A stretch of DNA of 64,000 nt, taken from the NCBI RefSeq assembly GCF_964355755.1, contig NC_092670.1, positions 28,942,388 through 29,006,387 on the forward strand, written 5' to 3'. Below the pieces are notes generated by a model. That model did no database searches and was not told where the DNA came from. It saw only the letters and a program-made list of their open reading frames with translations. The position numbers and the translations under genes are program-made. Every line of letters begins with the position of its first letter. The first letter of the stretch is position 1. Below, piece by piece: positions 62,601 through 64,000 of this stretch. This DNA comes from Antedon mediterranea. Lineage: Eukaryota > Animalia > Echinodermata.

Positions 62601-63768
62601 CATTATGTCCGATTCTTTGAAATTCTATTTCTCTCTCTACCAGAGAGGTGCGTGTACGTCAAATTGCATTGTTTTTTCAATTCGCGCCTCGGCGACTCGT
62701 ATCATAACACACATGGTAATTTTCTTACTAGTGGTGCTGTGTACGTCAAATAGAATTGTTTTTTTCCAACATTTTGGCTTGCATGAACAATCTACTGTAG
62801 AGCACGCCCATAGCCAGGGGGGTTTTTATAAAAAAAAAATTACGACATTTCTTAGGTGATTTTTTATGAAATGTATAGTGTACTTGCTTGACGAATCCTT
62901 TGTCCATTAAATCATAATAAGTTGTAATGTGTCCATAAAGTAATTATTCTATGTGTGTAATCCTAGCTTGTGGTTGTGTACCAAACGGCAAAAATACCAT
63001 CACCATGCTCTCCACCACCACAGAGATCCATTTGGCTGACGTCGCGTCCGGTACATTAATTATGGGGGTGTTATCTATTATTAAACACGTGCACCCACTG
63101 TGTAGCCAAAACATTTATTTATTTACATCCCTAAATTTACAATTGCATATTCTGTAATTTTACTCGACACTATTTAATTGTTGTTTGAAGTTCATCGCGG
63201 AGGCGAAATACATTAGCCAATTTGGTTCAACAAATTATACAAGAAACTCAAATCATGAAAATAAAAGGCCGCGAAATAGTTACAAATGTAAAATCGTGAA
63301 AATTTAGGGCCGCGAACATTTTGGGCTTTACAGTAAATGATTTACAAAAGCTAGGATAGGTGTAAATTATTATACAGGACAGAAAGAAAATACTTGTTTT
63401 CCTTAATGTAGGTCTCTGTATTTACAATACCTTTCAATCTGCATTAAAAACTGCAATTTGTAACACTGTTCATGTGAAAATGTGTTACCCCTATTATTAA
63501 AAATTCTTATAACAGTACAGTAAACTATGTTCTCTTGTGAGAAGTGAAATAGTATAATTAATATACTAATATTATATTGATAATTATCATCCAGCTACTA
63601 GGAACCAATTGTAAAGTTTTTCTAATTCAATTCATAATCATTCTTACATTATAATTATTCTTTATTTTTAGATCTTCAGCACATTTTAATAAGGAGATGT
63701 ATGTTGATTTTGTAGCAGCACAAATCAAGACTCTGTCATTCTTGGCTTACATAATCAAGATATACCAG
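56578..63768 (+). CDS. TRRAP: Transformation/transcription domain-associated protein (TRRAP/Tra1), 5' part: first 7 coding exons, continues beyond window
   Basis: Spliced translation includes QEISENFE, QLRKLLLEIIHRIP, NEENVLVCLRVIIELHKQFRP, SLKVLAEYPIIVVLMYQLYK and DFVAAQIKTLSFLAYII, which are TRRAP N-terminal HEAT motifs. Confidence 0.95.
56942..57102 (+). CDS. TRRAP: TRRAP coding exon 2
   Basis: HDARLKAAQEISENFEIIISSPHYPTFLE; GT-AG borders. Confidence 0.92.
57140..57474 (+). mobile_element. hAT-like MITE with 6-bp TSD
   Basis: TGATTA|CAGAGGTCCCAAGTT...AACTTGGAACCTCTG|TGATTA. Confidence 0.8.
58008..58196 (+). CDS. TRRAP: TRRAP coding exon 3
   Basis: QLRKLLLEIIHRIPTNDHLR...HKQFRPHMAPE; GT-AG borders. 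Confidence 0.95.
58460..58516 (+). CDS. TRRAP: TRRAP coding exon 4
   Basis: VHQFLHFVKKIYKEIPTNM; GT-AG borders. Confidence 0.9.
58639..59097. mobile_element. Kolobok-like MITE, family A
   Basis: TTAA flanks and TIRs; near-identical to the ends of 36039-40125. Confidence 0.85.
59207..60615. mobile_element. Tc1/mariner-like non-autonomous element
   Basis: TA|CAGTACCGACCA...TGGTCGATACTG|TA. A Helitron-like 3' end (GAGCGAGCGAAGCGAGCTC...CTAGT) lies inside at ~60056-60084. Confidence 0.7.
60718..60846 (+). CDS. TRRAP: TRRAP coding exon 5 (variable region)
   Basis: Open 129-nt exon, tgtgtag acceptor, gtaagg donor, phase 0-0. Confidence 0.75.
60957..61502 (-). mobile_element. Second copy of the 57140 MITE family, inverted
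   Basis: Ends GGGAACTTGGGACCTCTG; interior is the reverse complement of 57140-57460 with extra sequence. Confidence 0.8.
61795..61961 (+). CDS. TRRAP: TRRAP coding exon 6
   Basis: ILPRGINSLKVLAEYPIIVVLMYQLYK; GT-AG borders. Confidence 0.95.
61971..63333. mobile_element. TA-flanked Tc1/mariner-like non-autonomous element
   Basis: TA|CTGTAAAACCCAAAAT...ATTTTGGGCTTTACAG|TA; CGCGAA subterminal motifs. Confidence 0.75.
63672..63768 (+). CDS. TRRAP: TRRAP coding exon 7
   Basis: FNKEMYVDFVAAQIKTLSFLAYIIKIYQ; GT-AG borders. Confidence 0.95.
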
Positions 63769-64000
63769 GTGAGAATAGAGCTTGCCACATACTGTTTCAT
63801 CCCTTGCCGCTTACTCCAAGGCTCACTTCATCTTGCAGTGTGGGTTCAAATGCCACAATGAATTGGGAAATATGTTTTCATTTACTATATTGTACATAAT
63901 TTTTCACATGCTTGATCCTCTGAGCATGGACCTATGAATTAATTATTAAATTTATAGGTCCATGCTCTGAGGCAATCCAGTTTGTTTGGTGAGGCATGTA

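Overview
AT-rich, intron- and transposon-rich animal (invertebrate-like) genomic window. It holds two conserved housekeeping genes head-to-head. (1) SF3B1 on the minus strand is complete: 21 coding exons, 40482->2963, about 1318 aa, all GT-AG introns with consistent phases. (2) The first 7 coding exons of TRRAP lie on the plus strand (56578->63768) and the gene continues beyond the window. The rest is nested non-autonomous DNA transposons (Kolobok-, Harbinger-, Tc1/mariner-, hAT-like, foldback), LINE fragments, a SINE and tandem arrays. Most notable: (a) a candidate poison-exon switch in SF3B1 intron 4, where a 24-bp RNA stem with one G-U wobble on the sense strand pairs the 3' and 5' splice sites of a stop-containing cassette; (b) 21-40 bp CATGGA...TCCATG palindromes with 7-bp target duplications that look like P-element-type excision footprints, plus many short TA-site footprints; (c) a foldback whose arm lies about 70 bp from the SF3B1 ATG; (d) about 70 copies of a 23-bp unit containing a branch-point/AG motif next to an SF3B1 3' splice site. 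Coordinates were read by hand, and transposon family names are inferred from termini and target-site duplications only.
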